Assembly (NCBI GenBank): GCA_951406725.2 | Contig: OX597826.1 | Coordinates: 26,846,001-26,910,000, forward strand | Direction of reading: 5' to 3' | DNA from: Octopus vulgaris | Taxonomy: Eukaryota | DNA length: 64,000 bases | In this document: one piece after another, positions 44,850 through 59,207 of the stretch | Numbering within the stretch: position 1 is the first letter of the stretch | Layout of the letters: the number at the start of each line of letters is the position of its first letter | The notes under the pieces: generated by a model | What the model was told of the DNA's origin: nothing | The model's input: the letters and a program-made list of their open reading frames with translations, nothing else | Database searches by the model: none | Made by a program: the position numbers and the translations under genes

Positions 44850-45353
44850 TTGTGTGTTCTTGTGTCTGTTTATCCCGCCGCCACGGCTTGACATCGCTGT
44901 TGGTGTGCTTATGTCCTCATAACTTGGCGGTTCGGCTAAAGGACAAGTAGAATAAGTACTAGGCATTACCTAAAAGTAATAAATACTGAAATCGATTCGT
45001 TCAATGTTAAGTTCTCCGGTGTGTTGCTCCAGAATGGACGTAATCTATCTACTGAAGTAATAAATAAAAGATATAATTAATAAAAAATAATTCCATGATT
45101 TAGAAAGAATAATTCCTTCGTTCTTTTGTCCAATTCCACATTTGAATAAGAAATATTTAAGGAAATTTCATGTTAGTCGCAGGATTGGCTGTGTGGTAAG
45201 AAGTTTGCTTCGCAACAGCATGTTTCCGGGTTCAGTCCGACTACGTGGAACCCTGCGCAAGTGTCTCGGGCTGAACAAAGCCTTGTGAGTGTATTTAGTT
45301 GACGGAAACCGAAAGATGCCATTAATACATACATACATACATACATACATACA

Positions 45354-45387
<34 letters not shown>

Positions 45388-45550
45388 CATAAATATATGT
45401 GTGCCTGTGTGTATGTGTGTGTATATATTTGTATATCTGTGTTTACCCCCTATCATTACATGACAGCCGATGCTGGTGTGTTTACATCCCCGTAACTTAG
45501 TGGTTCGGCAAAAGACACAGATAGAATAAACACTAAGCTTACAAAGAATA
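44850..45550 (+). mobile_element. SINE family B copies (3' part 44850-45072; 45177-45550)
   Basis: TGGCTGTGTGGTAAG..GGGTTCAGTCC..AAAGCCTTGTGAGTG; GATGCTGGTGTGTTTAC..CCCGTAACTTAG. Confidence 0.8.
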
Positions 45551-45821
45551 AATCTAGTAAAGGAATAATTACTACTCAACGAAAATGAGAATTAAAAGAA
45601 AATCAATAAAATGTCAGTCATGCTATGTTGATATAGTTCTGCTGAATCATCTACATCTGGTCGAACTTGCTCGGACATTTTTAGCCTGCACAAGCCATCC
45701 ATCATGTAGGTCCTGTATAAGTCAAGGGATGCGTTCGGGAAGGCATCTAGTGTCTCTGGGGAGTTGATCTACATTTGCCGGTGTTTGGACGACATGGAAT
45801 CAAAGCTAGATGGAATTTACA

Positions 45822-46120
45822 TATATGGGTACAGAACATCACAAAACGTAAACAATATGAAATACGAAAATAACGTTGGGTGCGCAAAGAACGAAAGAAA
45901 CAAAAGGAAAATAAGACATCTAACGTAAAACCGCCCATCATTCGCTGTCGGCTGTAATTCTACTCTTTATTTCGAGCTATAAACGACAAGATAAAACTGA
46001 TGAAGGGTTGCTTTTTGTGTTACTTGTCTTGTTTTCTATTTGTTTCTTTCATACTTTGCGTGCCTAACGTTCTTTTCGTATTTGATTTTGTTTACGTTTT
46101 GTGACGTACTGTACCCATAT
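45822..46120. repeat. Diverged inverted repeat, about 120 bp arms
   Basis: TATGGGTACAG..CACAAAACGTAAACAA..AAATACGAAAA pairs with TTTTCGTATTT..TTGTTTACGTTTTGTG..CTGTACCCATA. Confidence 0.85.
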
Positions 46121-46267
46121 GTGCATATATACGAGTGTATGGGAGTACGCATACGTGTATAGATATGTGTATGTGTAGGTATATATAAGTGTATACATAT
46201 GTGGGTGTGTATATGTAGGTGTTTACATATATGTATGTGTATACATATGTATGTGTATATGCATGTG

Positions 46268-46310
<43 letters not shown>

Positions 46311-46640
46311 GTATGCATATGTATATGTATGCATATGTGTATGTATATGTGTATATATATAGTGTTTCATATATATAGTTTTTCATATATAATTTTTTTA
46401 TATGTACACGTGTCAGCCTGTTTTCGGGAATGTATGTGTTTGTATATGTGTATATGTGTATATATGTAGGTATATGTATATATATGTATATGTATCTATA
46501 TATATGTGTATGTATGTGTGCATGTGTATCTGTGTGTATATATGCATGTATATATGTGTATGAGGGAATATATGTGTATATGCATGTGTATATATGCATG
46601 TATATATGTGTATGAGGGAATATATGTGTGCATATGTACA

Positions 46641-46671
<31 letters not shown>

Positions 46672-47010
46672 TTATATATATGTATATGTATGTATATGAG
46701 TGGGTGTGCATGTATATGTATGCGGGTGTATATATGCATATGTAAATATGTATATACATATATATGTGTATGTATATGTGCATATACATATATGTATATA
46801 TGGGTGTGTGTATGCGTGAACATGTGTGAACATGTACAGACGCATACATGTATGTGTGTGTATATATATATATATATGTGTGTGTATGTGTGCGTGTGTG
46901 TATATGAGCGTGTATGTGTAGGCATATGTATGTGTGTGTATATGCATTTGTATGTGTATATATATGTATATATATGTGTGTATATGTGTATGTATACGTA
47001 TGTATATGTA

Positions 47011-47467
47011 AAATCTAAGTAGAGACTTCAAACTTGAAATCTTCTAAGCCACAGTCGAACCATTTCTACTATATGGCTCAGAAACCTGGACGTTATCAAA
47101 GAAGCTTGAGAGGTGGTTGGATGGAATCTACACTCGCCTCCTTATGAGAGCTCAAAATATCTCGTGGAAGCGCCATCCAACCAAAATGCAAATATATGGG
47201 AAACTACCACCTGTGTCATCTCTTGTGAAAGCTAGGAGAGTCCAGTTTGCTGGATATTGCTGTAGTGCTGAAAAAGAGGTAATTTCTACTCTTCTCCTCT
47301 GGAAGCCATCTACTCGCAATACCAGAGGGCGCAAACTCTCCTACCCTGATGTAATCTCCATGGATACAGGCATCCAGCAACAGGACCTCCGTAATGCCAT
47401 GATGGACCGTGAAGTCTGGCGTAGCATGGTAAATTCCATTGTCTCGACCATGGTCGAACAATAATAG
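47011..47467 (+). pseudogene. RTE-clade LINE 3' fragment (RT C-terminal region)
   Basis: NLSRDFKLEIF*ATVEPFLLYGSETWTLSKKLERWLDGIYTRLLMRAQNISWK...RRVQFAGY..LLLWKP..AMMDREVWR; short TAA tail. Confidence 0.85.
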
Positions 47468-48316
47468 TTAAAATGTATATATATATATGTTGATTGAGGT
47501 TGACATGGGGTGTGTAATGATATCTACATCCGGACATATCACTAGTTGCAGGAGACAGGTTTATATATGTGAGAGTGGGTAAGTATGTAGACACACACGT
47601 ACACACATACAAGATATGCTTAAAGCATGTCGCGTCGGACTGCTATAAACTGACCATTCGCCTCAACTATATCATATTTCACTCCTCTCCCCCCCCACCA
47701 GATAAGTAAAAGTTATTTACGACGCTCACCACAGCATCAGAACTTTAACCCATTATCTCTATCTTCATCCTTTTGTCTTTACGACCACTTTGTATACTTT
47801 TGTATCATTACTTCATTTTATCTTTATTTTCGTTTTTTTATTTTTATTTTTATTTTTTACTCTTTATTTTTTGCACATTTTACACTTTCACAATACATTT
47901 CTAGAATTTATGACCCTATACCTGACGTTCTTTATATCTTTATATATTTATATTTTTACATCTTTACCTTTTATTATATTTTATTATCTTTTATAATTAT
48001 ATTTATATTTATATATTTTTTTGTGATCCCAACTTCATTAACGTTTCCTCCCCTTCTCCTCTTTTCTCCTTTTTCTCTTTTTCTCAATATCCAATCCTCC
48101 TTTTTTTCCTTCCCTTACCAGAAGAATGAACCCAACCGGAATCTACCCAGTATTCACACTATATTGAGTAAGAAAACGGTATGGACGATTTTTTGGAGTC
48201 TAATAATACCATGTACGCCTATTTGATTATGAAGATTTACAAACATACTTTCCCAGTGATACACGGTTTACCTACCATTATAAATAATACCAAATGTTTT
48301 TTCTCAAACCTTTCAT

Positions 48317-48922
48317 AAGTGGCCCGTCTCATCGGCAAAGAAGCCAGGAGGAATAAATATTCCACGAGGCAACAGCATCGATGCCTTGGGAATATATACT
48401 CTAAATTTTCAAAATCTACCGTCATCGCGCCAACTTATCAGCAGCAAATATAAACTGCTGATTTAATTTCAGAATTAGCCAAAAAATCATTAATTAATCA
48501 ATATAAGGGTAGCAAAAAATTCAATAGAAATTTTTTCGCTACCAGCGGTCTAGTGAAAAAGAAAGAATAGTCAACAGACTATATTATGTACATTGAACAA
48601 TAATATTAAGGAATGGCCTTAATAGGCCATTCAACTCACTAAAACGAGCAGCTAAACTCAAACCGCTAAATAGTAGTAATTCAGAAATCGAAGGAAAATC
48701 AAAAACATTTACCCTAATCATCTTTGGACTATGCATAGTTTCGACGTACTTTTTGGTAAACCAGCCTAATTAGATTAAATTAAATTTAATCAAGTCAATT
48801 TACCAGTGGCCCGTCTCATCGGCAAAGAAGCCAGGAGGAATAAATATTCCACGAGGCAACAACATCGATGCCTTGGGAATATATACTCTAAATTTTCAAA
48901 ATCTACCGTCATCGCGCCAACT
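48317..48922 (-). mobile_element. Penelope pLTR-like unit with about 118 bp direct repeat (48318-48436 / 48805-48923)
   Basis: AGTGGCCCGTCTCATCGGCAAAGAAGCC...CGTCATCGCGCCAACTT occurs twice, near-identical. Confidence 0.75.
48721..48828 (-). ncRNA. Type I hammerhead ribozyme, U4C core variant, long stem II
   Basis: Minus strand: tctttg-CCGATGA-gacg..ggtaaa..tttacc..cgtc-GAAAC-TATGCATA-GTC-caaaga; all three stems pair. Confidence 0.8.
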
Positions 48923-49697
48923 TTGCGAGATATTGGTGGAAAGCTAAAAGCGAGCTGGCATGTGACCTCTTATGGATGCCAAATCATGGCCAAGTTCGAG
49001 TAGCTGGTCCGAATACAATATACTGCTGATAGCATGCGGATATTGAATTTTCTTCCTGTAAAGGAGACCTATTATTGATTTATTCATATAGGGAACTTTC
49101 ATGGAAAATAGTGCCGCATGGTTTGGAAGTTGATTTTAAATACACGACGGCCCCGAGTTCGATCTCAATGGATGTTATATATCAGCTTCACTCATACCTT
49201 TTGCTGAAAATTGTAAACTGCGTAGATATTAATCTGGTAGAATGTATTAGTAATTTGAAGGATACTGATGATTCTGGCTGAGAATTATGTTAAAGGCATA
49301 CATCTTTGTAGGATATTCAGCCATTTACTATTAATTCCCTTTAACGGCCAGCAATCGTTAATTGAGGAGCTGTCAATTGTGTAGAACAAACAACTCAATC
49401 TTCGTCGTCGAACAACAGATATCCATCATATCGAAAGGATATGGATCATAGAAAAGTCTTGCCACACACATTATAACAATTTCTTCAACTTTCCAGCGTG
49501 TTTGGGAAACAAACTGAACCTTTTGGTAAATTCTCTTTCAGAAAGCAATGTCGGACTGCTATTAACATCGACGTTTAACTTACAATACGTTCTTTGTACA
49601 TACGAATATAACTTACAAACTTCTTTGTACACACTAGTATAAATTATATATTACATGTGTGTGTGTGTGTCTTTACATATATATGTATATCCATATA

Positions 49698-49870
49698 TAG
49701 TGAGAATTTACAAAAAAAAAAAGACGATGGCGGGTGTGTAAACAACAAACTGGTATTAGTTTAACGCTCGGGAAGTGAGAAAGTCTTTTACGTTTCTAGC
49801 CCACGCTCTTAAACAGGAAGGAACACAGAAATAAACAAGGCAAGAAAATAAAACAGGTTTAGTGGCGATA
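49698..49870 (-). mobile_element. Second copy of the short variant-hammerhead element (see 3820-3995)
   Basis: Minus strand TGTGTTCCTTCCTGTTTAAGAGCGTGGGCTAGAAACGTAAAAGACTTTCTCACTTCCCGAGCGTT. Confidence 0.7.
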
Positions 49871-49944
49871 TATCATGGCCATAATAGCGATCTATCATGG
49901 TGACTATACATATATACATGTATGTGTATATGCATATATATATT

Positions 49945-50011
<67 letters not shown>

Positions 50012-50012
<1 letters not shown>

Positions 50013-50566
50013 TGGTGGCCGCCCCCTCGTTATCGAGTATGGCCATTGCACGAAGCTTAATCAATGTTGTTATCGTGCAATGCCTGTGCAAGAAGATTTT
50101 TTTTAAGTGAGTAAAGGCTGTGCACTGAGTCAATCCAACTCACTAAGCAACAGCAGCCATAATCCGAAAATAAGAACAAGTCAACATCATCGGTAACCAC
50201 TGACCCGCAGATTTATGTCGGAGTTATCCCAGTTACCTGATTATCTTCTCCTAGAAGGATGCCCTAACAAAGGCTAGGAGTCCTTCACTCCCAATGGTTT
50301 AACCGCGCGATCGGGTATTCAGTCCGATTATTTCTATGTCCCCGCGCATGATACAGCCTTAAGACATTTATTGAATGGCCGTTGACTCTCAAGAGTTCCT
50401 CCGCCCTTTGACGGGTTTTGTTTTTCATCCCGCAGGGTGTCCAATAAACACGATCCTCACCAAGCAAGCTTGGCGGGGTTGCCGGTTTAGTCGTCGACGA
50501 CCCGACCATGCAACAGGTTGTACTGGGTTGTATGTTACCAGTAGCACTCGAAAGTGACCTGACATT
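50012..50566 (-). mobile_element. RTE-derived non-autonomous (bipartite) retroposon
   Basis: 3' end CCATACTCGATAACGAGGGGGCGGCC resembles RTE 3' stem-loop ends; 5' part resembles RTE 5'UTRs (from memory of the family, not a search). Confidence 0.55.
50482..50559 (-). ncRNA. HDV-like ribozyme motif (degenerate) at element 5' end
   Basis: P1 GGTCAC/ATGGTC, P2 CCAGT/ACCGG, P3 ACA/TGC, L3 ACCTGT, P1.1 GG, P4 TCG-TCGA-CGA, J4/2 CTAA in correct nested order. Confidence 0.55.
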
Positions 50567-51862
50567 AATATATATATATATACATGCATACATTCACATA
50601 TACATATATATAAGTTTATATAAATTTTTAGTCTCGACACAAAACATGGGCAACAGTTACCGGTTATGCGCCTTCGCTACATTTCAAAAAGTTCCTGAAA
50701 AGCGTACAAATCCAGCTTGTTAGACACAGACAGCCACCTGTTGATCGAACTTGTCACCCGCAAAATACACTATTCTCGTGAATCGTACAAATGGGGCCTG
50801 TTTCTTTGGCCATTAGTGATAGACGGAGACCGTGTCAATACTGAATGAAACATTTTATTAAACATCACTAGTAAATTTGTGATGCTGTTGCAGGCTTGAT
50901 GTTAAATGGAGAGTTGAAATAGATTGTCCATTTTCTTTTTTTTTTCATCTTCTGATTTACCAGCATCTATACTAGTTGATTTTAAATCTATATCCACTCT
51001 GTAGAACAAGATGATAGTAAACAGTAAGATATAAACCATTTCGTTTGGATGGTGTAAGATATATTCCTGCGATATACGCCATACAATGCTCCTGAGACAA
51101 ATCCCGGCAAAAAATCTCCGTAAGTGTGCTGACAACGAATTGGTTGAGTGAAGAAAGCGTTGGCTCAAATGCGATGCAACATTTGTTCCGAAGCTCGATG
51201 GCCTCTGAGTTCAAATTGCTCTGATAACTTTACATTCTCCATTTTCGGGGACGATGCACAGCAACAACAAAAAAGATCCAGGCTTGGATAGTGAGTTGGC
51301 AAATCTATTAGAGCACCATCACCGGTATAATCGCCATCATTGTCATCGCTATCATCATCACCATCATCATCGTCGTCGTCGTCGTTGTCGTCGTCCACCT
51401 CCTCATCATCGTCTGCAATAGCAGCAGCAGCAGCAGCAGCAGCTGCTTCATCATCATTGTCATCATCATCACCAGCGCCATGATTACCACCAGCACCAGC
51501 AATAACGCCACCACCACCACCACCAACACCACCAACACCACCATCACTACCGCCAACGTCATAATCATCATCGTCATCCTTCTCCTCCCCAACTCCATTT
51601 CCTCTTGCTCATCATCATCATCATCATCATCAACACTATAATCACCATTCTCATCCCGCTCATCGTTATCATCGTTATCTTCTATAAAGGTTCCACTTCC
51701 ATTTTATGTCTTTTTCTTTGCACAAATATCACCATTTCCATTGCCGAAAATTGAATTTCTTCTTTAATATGGCTGTATCACTATCTCCCGACTTCATTTC
51801 ACTCTCTCCCTCCTTATCTCTCTTTCTCTCTTTCTCTCCTCGCTTATTTATCTCTCTCCCAG

Positions 51863-51930
<68 letters not shown>

Positions 51931-52053
51931 AATATGTATGTATATACATGTATACATTTGTGAATGTTTATATATGCATGTGCCACAATAAAATCATGCG
52001 TAATAAGTATATACAAACATTTTACCCATATATACACGCAGACACACACACGC

Positions 52054-52094
<41 letters not shown>

Positions 52095-52142
52095 CATACG
52101 TACATGCATATGTATATATATACATACACATATATACATATG

Positions 52143-52177
<35 letters not shown>

Positions 52178-52191
52178 AAATAAATAAATTT

Positions 52192-52294
<103 letters not shown>

Positions 52295-52698
52295 GGCACA
52301 CACACATGCGTACATCATAAAATAGCGGATTTATATTGTTTTTCCCCTCGTAGCATGGTCAACGTTCCATCATTCAAAGTCTGACAATTGAAGAAATTAA
52401 TTAAAAAAGCGTACCCACACCAGACGGGTGAATATCACGGCTATAACGCTGGTATCAGATGAAATAATATACACGCGCGCACTCACACATACACACATAC
52501 ATACATACACACGTGCACATACGCACGTACACTAATTCACGCACTCAGGCAGTCATGCACACACACACACACACACACACGTGCATAGATACACAATTAT
52601 ACACTTATATATGTATTAACATACAACTATACCAAACAATACGGGTATACTAAACGATACATAAATGTATATACACACGATACATATATGTATACACG

Positions 52699-52750
<52 letters not shown>

Positions 52751-52821
52751 TATACATATGTGTGTGTGTATAATCGTACATATATATGACTATGCATTTA
52801 TCTATTTACGTGTGTATTGGT

Positions 52822-52855
<34 letters not shown>

Positions 52856-52904
52856 CATACACATAAACCTATATATATATATACATACATACATACACAT
52901 AAAC

Positions 52905-52940
<36 letters not shown>

Positions 52941-53696
52941 GCAGACACGTAAACGTGTGCTTAGAGTCGATATTTCATCCATACATAGTATATCACATAC
53001 ACACACACACGCATGCGCTTTCACTCAACAACAAGAATAATAATAAAATAGAAATATTATCAAATAAAGTAGAAATATCGTTATAGCGTTGATAGAATAC
53101 AAAAATAATAACAATAACAACAACAGCCCATTCATAAGCACACACTGAAATAAAAAAAAATACCCAGTAAATATTGCAAAATAAAAACAAAAGATAACAT
53201 AAAAGAACTATATAAAAACAACAATACAATAAAAAACAACAAATATACAAGAAAAACAGAGCGCCATTTTTTACGAGTCATAAATCAAAAATCAGGAAGT
53301 ATGTGTGTGTGTGTGTGTATGTGTGCGTGTGTGTGTATGTATTTGGGTACGAGTGTGGTTCTCTGTATGTGTATGTATGTGCGTATGTACGTGTGTGTAT
53401 TTGTGTGAGTGTGTGTTTATGGGTGTGTATTCGTAGTATAGTATTCGCCTTTAGCTGTTTATGTCTGTGTGTTTATTTCGCTTTATGTCTGTTTGTGCAT
53501 TTCTGTGTGTGTATTTGTTTGTTTGTATGTGAATATACTTGTGCGTATGTGTGTGTATGGGTGTGTATGCATGTATGTATATGCTTATGTATATTTGTGC
53601 AAATGTGTGCAGTTACGAGTGTGTATCTGTGCGTTTCTGTGTATATATGCAAATGCTTTTATATCTGTATGTGTGTGTGTGTGTCTGTGTTCGTAT

Positions 53697-53754
<58 letters not shown>

Positions 53755-53755
53755 A

Positions 53756-53786
<31 letters not shown>

Positions 53787-54456
53787 TTCTGTAAGAGTAT
53801 GTTAATGTGTGTATGTGTGTGTGCGTGCGAATTCATAGTATTGTGTTTGCTTATAGGTGTACGAATGTGTATGCGTTTATATATCAGCTTGCAGACGTTT
53901 TCTCTTTGTGTTCGTGTGCTGGCACGTGAGCATGTGTGTGTATATGTGTAAGTTCGTGTGTATGTGTCTGTGTATGTATGTGTATCCGTATTTTTACAGA
54001 ATATTACCTTCACTTACTATATTTGTATATGTGTGTGTTATGTGTGTATCTCTATTAATATGTCTGTATATTAGCGCTTCTATATGCATGTATTCGTCAG
54101 TCTGTATATACATAGATCTGTATCTGTCTACGTGTATGCCTGCGTGTGCCTCTTTGTGCACGTTCCTGCCTGTTTTTGTATCTATATGCACATGTATCTT
54201 TATATGTGTGCGTGTATGCACACGTAATAGTGAATTTGATATATACATGCACATGCGTTTTTCTATAAACTGCGTGGTGTTATATCCATATACGTATATG
54301 CATATTTATATGTGTCTATGCAATAGACGCTTCTATCTATGATGATAAGTTTGCAAGCATATGGTGACTGGTTTCTATTCTTTGTATGCATTTGTGAGTG
54401 ATTATGTGTGCGGAGATACAATGATGTTTGTTCTTGTAAATATTGACTACATTTTG

Positions 54457-54580
54457 GCTTCAAAATTTGGAACAATAGCAGTAATTTCAACGAAGGAATT
54501 AAGTCGATTACATCAACCCCACCGCTCAGCATCGTACTTGCTTTACTGACCCTGGTTGGACGAAATGCAAAGTCGACCGA
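54457..54580 (-). mobile_element. SINE family A fragment
   Basis: TTAAGTCGATTACATC..GAAATGCAAAGTCGACC. Confidence 0.6.
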
Positions 54581-54934
54581 GGTCGACTTTTGGCTTATAC
54601 ATATACATACAGTAAGGTTCGTTACTATCCCCTGCAGGAGTTTCGTGGAACTTTAGGTGTTTTCGCTCAATAAACACTCACAACGCCCGGCAGAAACCGC
54701 GAGTCCGCTGCGCTAACCAATGGGCCATTGCACCTCCACTATTCTTAATAGTTGTACTCATTCATATTGGTACTGCAGTTTGTTCTTTTAGTGATTTTGT
54801 CCTTGATCATTTCTGATTCAAGCCGACCTCAACTGAACAGAAAAAACAATATTCTAAGCATGACCACGCAAAGGATTTTCAGATATATTTATACATACAT
54901 AGATACATACATACATACATACATATATACATAC

Positions 54935-54985
<51 letters not shown>

Positions 54986-55060
54986 AATATATATAGTTGG
55001 AGAGAGAGAGAGAGAGAGATTGATAAATAGATTGATAGATAGAAAGACAAACAGACAGAC

Positions 55061-55102
<42 letters not shown>

Positions 55103-55142
55103 AGAAATGGAGTTAAACGCAGGTGTTATTGAAATCCTTATA

Positions 55143-55231
55143 CTTGCGACATATATTTCGAAGAAAACATTGGTATTATTCCAGAAGGAACAAAATGATG
55201 TAAAACAATGCGATCTTCTCATCAGGGCAAG
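55143..55231 (-). ncRNA. Type I hammerhead ribozyme, canonical core (left arm of inverted repeat 55104-55452)
   Basis: Minus strand: cttgc-c-CTGATGA-gaaga...tcttc-GAAA-T-ATAT-GTC-gcaag. Confidence 0.75.
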
Positions 55232-55343
55232 AAAGAGATACGACACACATCAATAAGCCATTTTAACCGGATGTGATGACTGCGTATATGATGAAGGGAA
55301 CGCTGGCAAGTTATTTTTAAAAAATACCCTTGATAGATTTTTG

Positions 55344-55412
55344 TTCCCTGATGAGAATATCGCATTGTTTTACATCAATTCTGGAATGTTTTCTTCGAAA
55401 CATTTATCGGAA
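55344..55412 (+). ncRNA. Type I hammerhead motif (right arm of inverted repeat), stem III damaged
   Basis: ttcc-CTGATGA-gaa...ttc-GAAAC-ATTT-ATC-ggaa. Confidence 0.7.
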
Positions 55413-55743
55413 GTATAAAGATTTGAATGACACTGGCGTTTAACTCCATTTCATTATTTATCTGTTGTGCCAAAGCATTTCACTAAACCCTGGAATTTCT
55501 ACCTTTATAAATAGGCTATAACATCCTTGGTACTTATGTGAATTTTTTACTTCCCCGGTAACTATTTATTTATTTTTTCAGTGTTGCTTGTACACATTGA
55601 AAAAATGCACATACATGTATATAGACACACACACGAACACGCATATATATTTTCATAGAATAAATATAAAATCACGTTAATGATTTTATTATCAGCTAAT
55701 CAACATGTAATAAAAATTATAAGCAATTTATATATTAAATTAA

Positions 55744-55784
<41 letters not shown>

Positions 55785-55841
55785 TCACACTCATATTTAT
55801 ATATATATATATATATACATATATACATATATTTATACACA

Positions 55842-55909
<68 letters not shown>

Positions 55910-56599
55910 CGTGTGTGTACGTGCGAGTGTGTAACTATATGTATATGTATGCACACACACCTACACCCAGATGTCAAATGTGTGCCCTCTTCTTGTTTAA
56001 AATAGCAGTGTATGATCAGAAGGTGAGCTTCTAGCGTTCCATTGATTGCATTCAAAGCCTCCACTTAGAGGCTCTTTCCGGCTGTTAGCGGTCAGTTGCT
56101 CATCCGAGGGCAATAACTTCGGAGTGCTAAGGTGGCGATGGGAAAATCGTAGCCGGTGCTGATTTCTTTGCGGTGACACTAACCTCGGTATAAGCGTGGT
56201 TGGGCAAACAGATCACACCTACGTAAAATAGAATGAATATATGTATTACGAGAGCAAAAGGCCCCCCCATCCAATGGACGGTGCTGAGTTGTCAAACATT
56301 TAAACCAAATTTTCTCAAAACAACTGGTCCGACCGTCCCATAGGCCTCCCCTTTGAGAAACACTGATTTAACCTAAATTTGAGACACCAGCAAAAGAAGA
56401 AATAAAGATAGACTTTTTCCTATTCCAAAGAAAAATGATTTTATTCACACAAATATGCAACCGAAGAGTTTAAAGTACCAGTAGTGATAAGGCTGTTGAC
56501 TGGGAGAACAAACATGGTTTAAACAGGAAAGAAATGTGCCTTTAAGCAGGACAAAAACAACAAAAATGGAAGGTGCAGTTATGTACAGGTTGACGGAAG

Positions 56600-56794
56600 A
56601 AAAGCAGGACAAAAACAGCTTTATCGATCGCATTCTCACCTGGAATCGATTTTTGTAATTTTTTCAAGACTTATACACGCCCTGATACCGTCGGTATCTA
56701 CATATCAAATTTGAGAGCAATCGGATTGAGGATGCCCCAAATCCGAGAAGACACACACACAGACAGACAGATAGAACGAATTTTATATAAGAGA
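56600..56794 (-). mobile_element. 5' end of non-autonomous Helitron
   Basis: Minus strand A|TCTCTTATATAAAATTCG then TCTG microsatellite and CCGATTGCTCTCAAATTTG. Confidence 0.55.
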
Positions 56795-57936
56795 TGATAT
56801 GCCATACGTAGGAAGGCAATTTAAGTAGAGGATTGCTCCGAGCAACACAAACTACCATTACGTTACCGCTTGTCCGTGTGGATCATGCAGTTGTTTGTTC
56901 CTGGTAGTGGTGGTGGTGGTGGCGGTGGAGATGGTATTTTAGTATTTGTGGAGTTGTCGTTGGCGATGGCGTTGGTATTGGATTTTGTGTTGTTGTTGGG
57001 ACTTGTTTCGAGAATGTTCTACCATAATAACTTCGTTAAAGTTATTGGCCTTAATGGTGATTTTTGTGCATGACAATTGACATTGTGCGTGTGGTTTACA
57101 GGGGAGGAGTAGTTATTGAAATGTTGTTGCTATTGTTGTTGTTATTGTTTAGCCCTTGGCCATCGCTGATATAGACAGACTTGGAACCAAAAGCGTTTAA
57201 GTCTTGAGAATCCATCTAGTATTATACGGCGTGACCATCTTGAACTACATTGTTGTTCTCAGAATACGGTTATTATATCTAACAGGTGGTAATAGTGGTG
57301 TGTGTCGGTACTTAGTGGTGTTGTTGGTGCGACTAGTATTGGTGATGGTAAATATTGCTGTGTAGTGGTGATGATAATGGTGTTGGTGGCGCTATTAGTT
57401 GAAGTTGTAGTCCTATTCTGATATTAGTAACGATGTAATATACGATGGGTTAGTAGCTGGGGTTATATCGGTGATGTGGTTGTAGCGTAGTCGGTGTTGA
57501 TGAGAATGTAGTGTCAGTGCTGAAAGTAGTGAAATGTGAGAGTAAAGTCGGTGGCAGTGAAGATAGTAGAAAAGTAGGGTGTTGTTGTTGTTGTTGCTAC
57601 ACATGGCTACATCCTGATTGTGTGAGTTATAATCATGCTGGTCGAGATGATGGTGAAGATGGTACTAGTAGTTGTAATGGTGTTATTTTTATCGTTGTTG
57701 CTGCTGACAAAGTAACAGTAAGAATGGTGAGTGGCATTCTCGTAGAGGGGTGGTGACGATCGTGGGAGAGATAATGATTGTGATGTGATGGAGGCGGAAA
57801 AAGCGGTGGAGGTGGTGGTGAAGATGTTGTTGTTTGTGATGTTTTTATTGTTGTTGTTGCAGATGTAGTAATAGTGAATATGGTGGTGTGTTGGTGGTAG
57901 TAGTGGAGGCGGTAATAATATTGGTGGTAATAATGC

Positions 57937-57984
<48 letters not shown>

Positions 57985-58249
57985 CAGCAGCAACAGTAGT
58001 ATTAGTGGTGGTGGTGGATGTAATGCAGATGGTGATCGAAGCGGTGTTGAATATGTTGGTAGTTGTAGTGCAGTTGTTGATATTGTTGTTGTTGATGGTC
58101 CTGGTCGGAAAAGGAAAAGAGTAACTTATATAGTCTCGTAATAAAAACAATAAATCTTTCATTGATTGGAAAATAATTCAACAGTCAAGATTTCGGAATA
58201 TGATAAAAGGGGCGCATAATGAAAACGTACTGGAATAATAATAATAACA

Positions 58250-58411
<162 letters not shown>

Positions 58412-59107
58412 GTAATAGTAATAATAATAATGATAATGGAAATATAAACAGAAAAAAAGTAAATATAAAACATAATAAAAAAATTAAAATATAAAATGTA
58501 AAATATAAATAATAAATCATAAAATATAAATAAAACAATTCAAAATCAAAAACAAAATGTAATACATAAATAACAACAACAGCAACAACAACAACAACAG
58601 GAGTAAAATCAAACATCAAACTTCAACACGCATACCCGAACTCACCCGCATTCACATAATCCCCACTCTGAAAACAACATCAAAAGAAAGGGGGAAAAAA
58701 CATAACAAAGAACAAACAAGGAAAAACAATATACTTTTCGTCAGTTAAACATTTCGTTTAATATGCCACTGCTGCTGCTGCTGCTGCTGCTGCTGAAATT
58801 GTTTCTGCTGCAGATGTTGTTGCTGCTGCAGAAGTTGCTGTTCCTGCTGCTGCAGAGACTACGGTTGATATTTTGTTATATTTTATAATTATATTTATAT
58901 GTATTATTATATACATATATATAATTTTTAAAAAATTATTCTTTTATTGTTCTAACGGCGATTGGATAAACTGATGGTCGACCAGTTCATATACAATCGA
59001 ACTGTAATACAATTTGGGTCCCGTGTTCCTAAGCAGAACCCTTTTTATGTTAAAGGCTATCTATCTATCTGTCTGTCTGTCCGTCTGTCTATCTGTTTGT
59101 CTATCTG

Positions 59108-59174
<67 letters not shown>

Positions 59175-59176
59175 GC

Positions 59177-59207
<31 letters not shown>

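Noticed and set aside
56860-58130. Thr/Val-rich mucin-like ORFs (also 51165-51598)
   Set aside because: Degenerate GGT/GTT/GAT/AGT trinucleotide DNA with frequent stops and no splice or domain evidence
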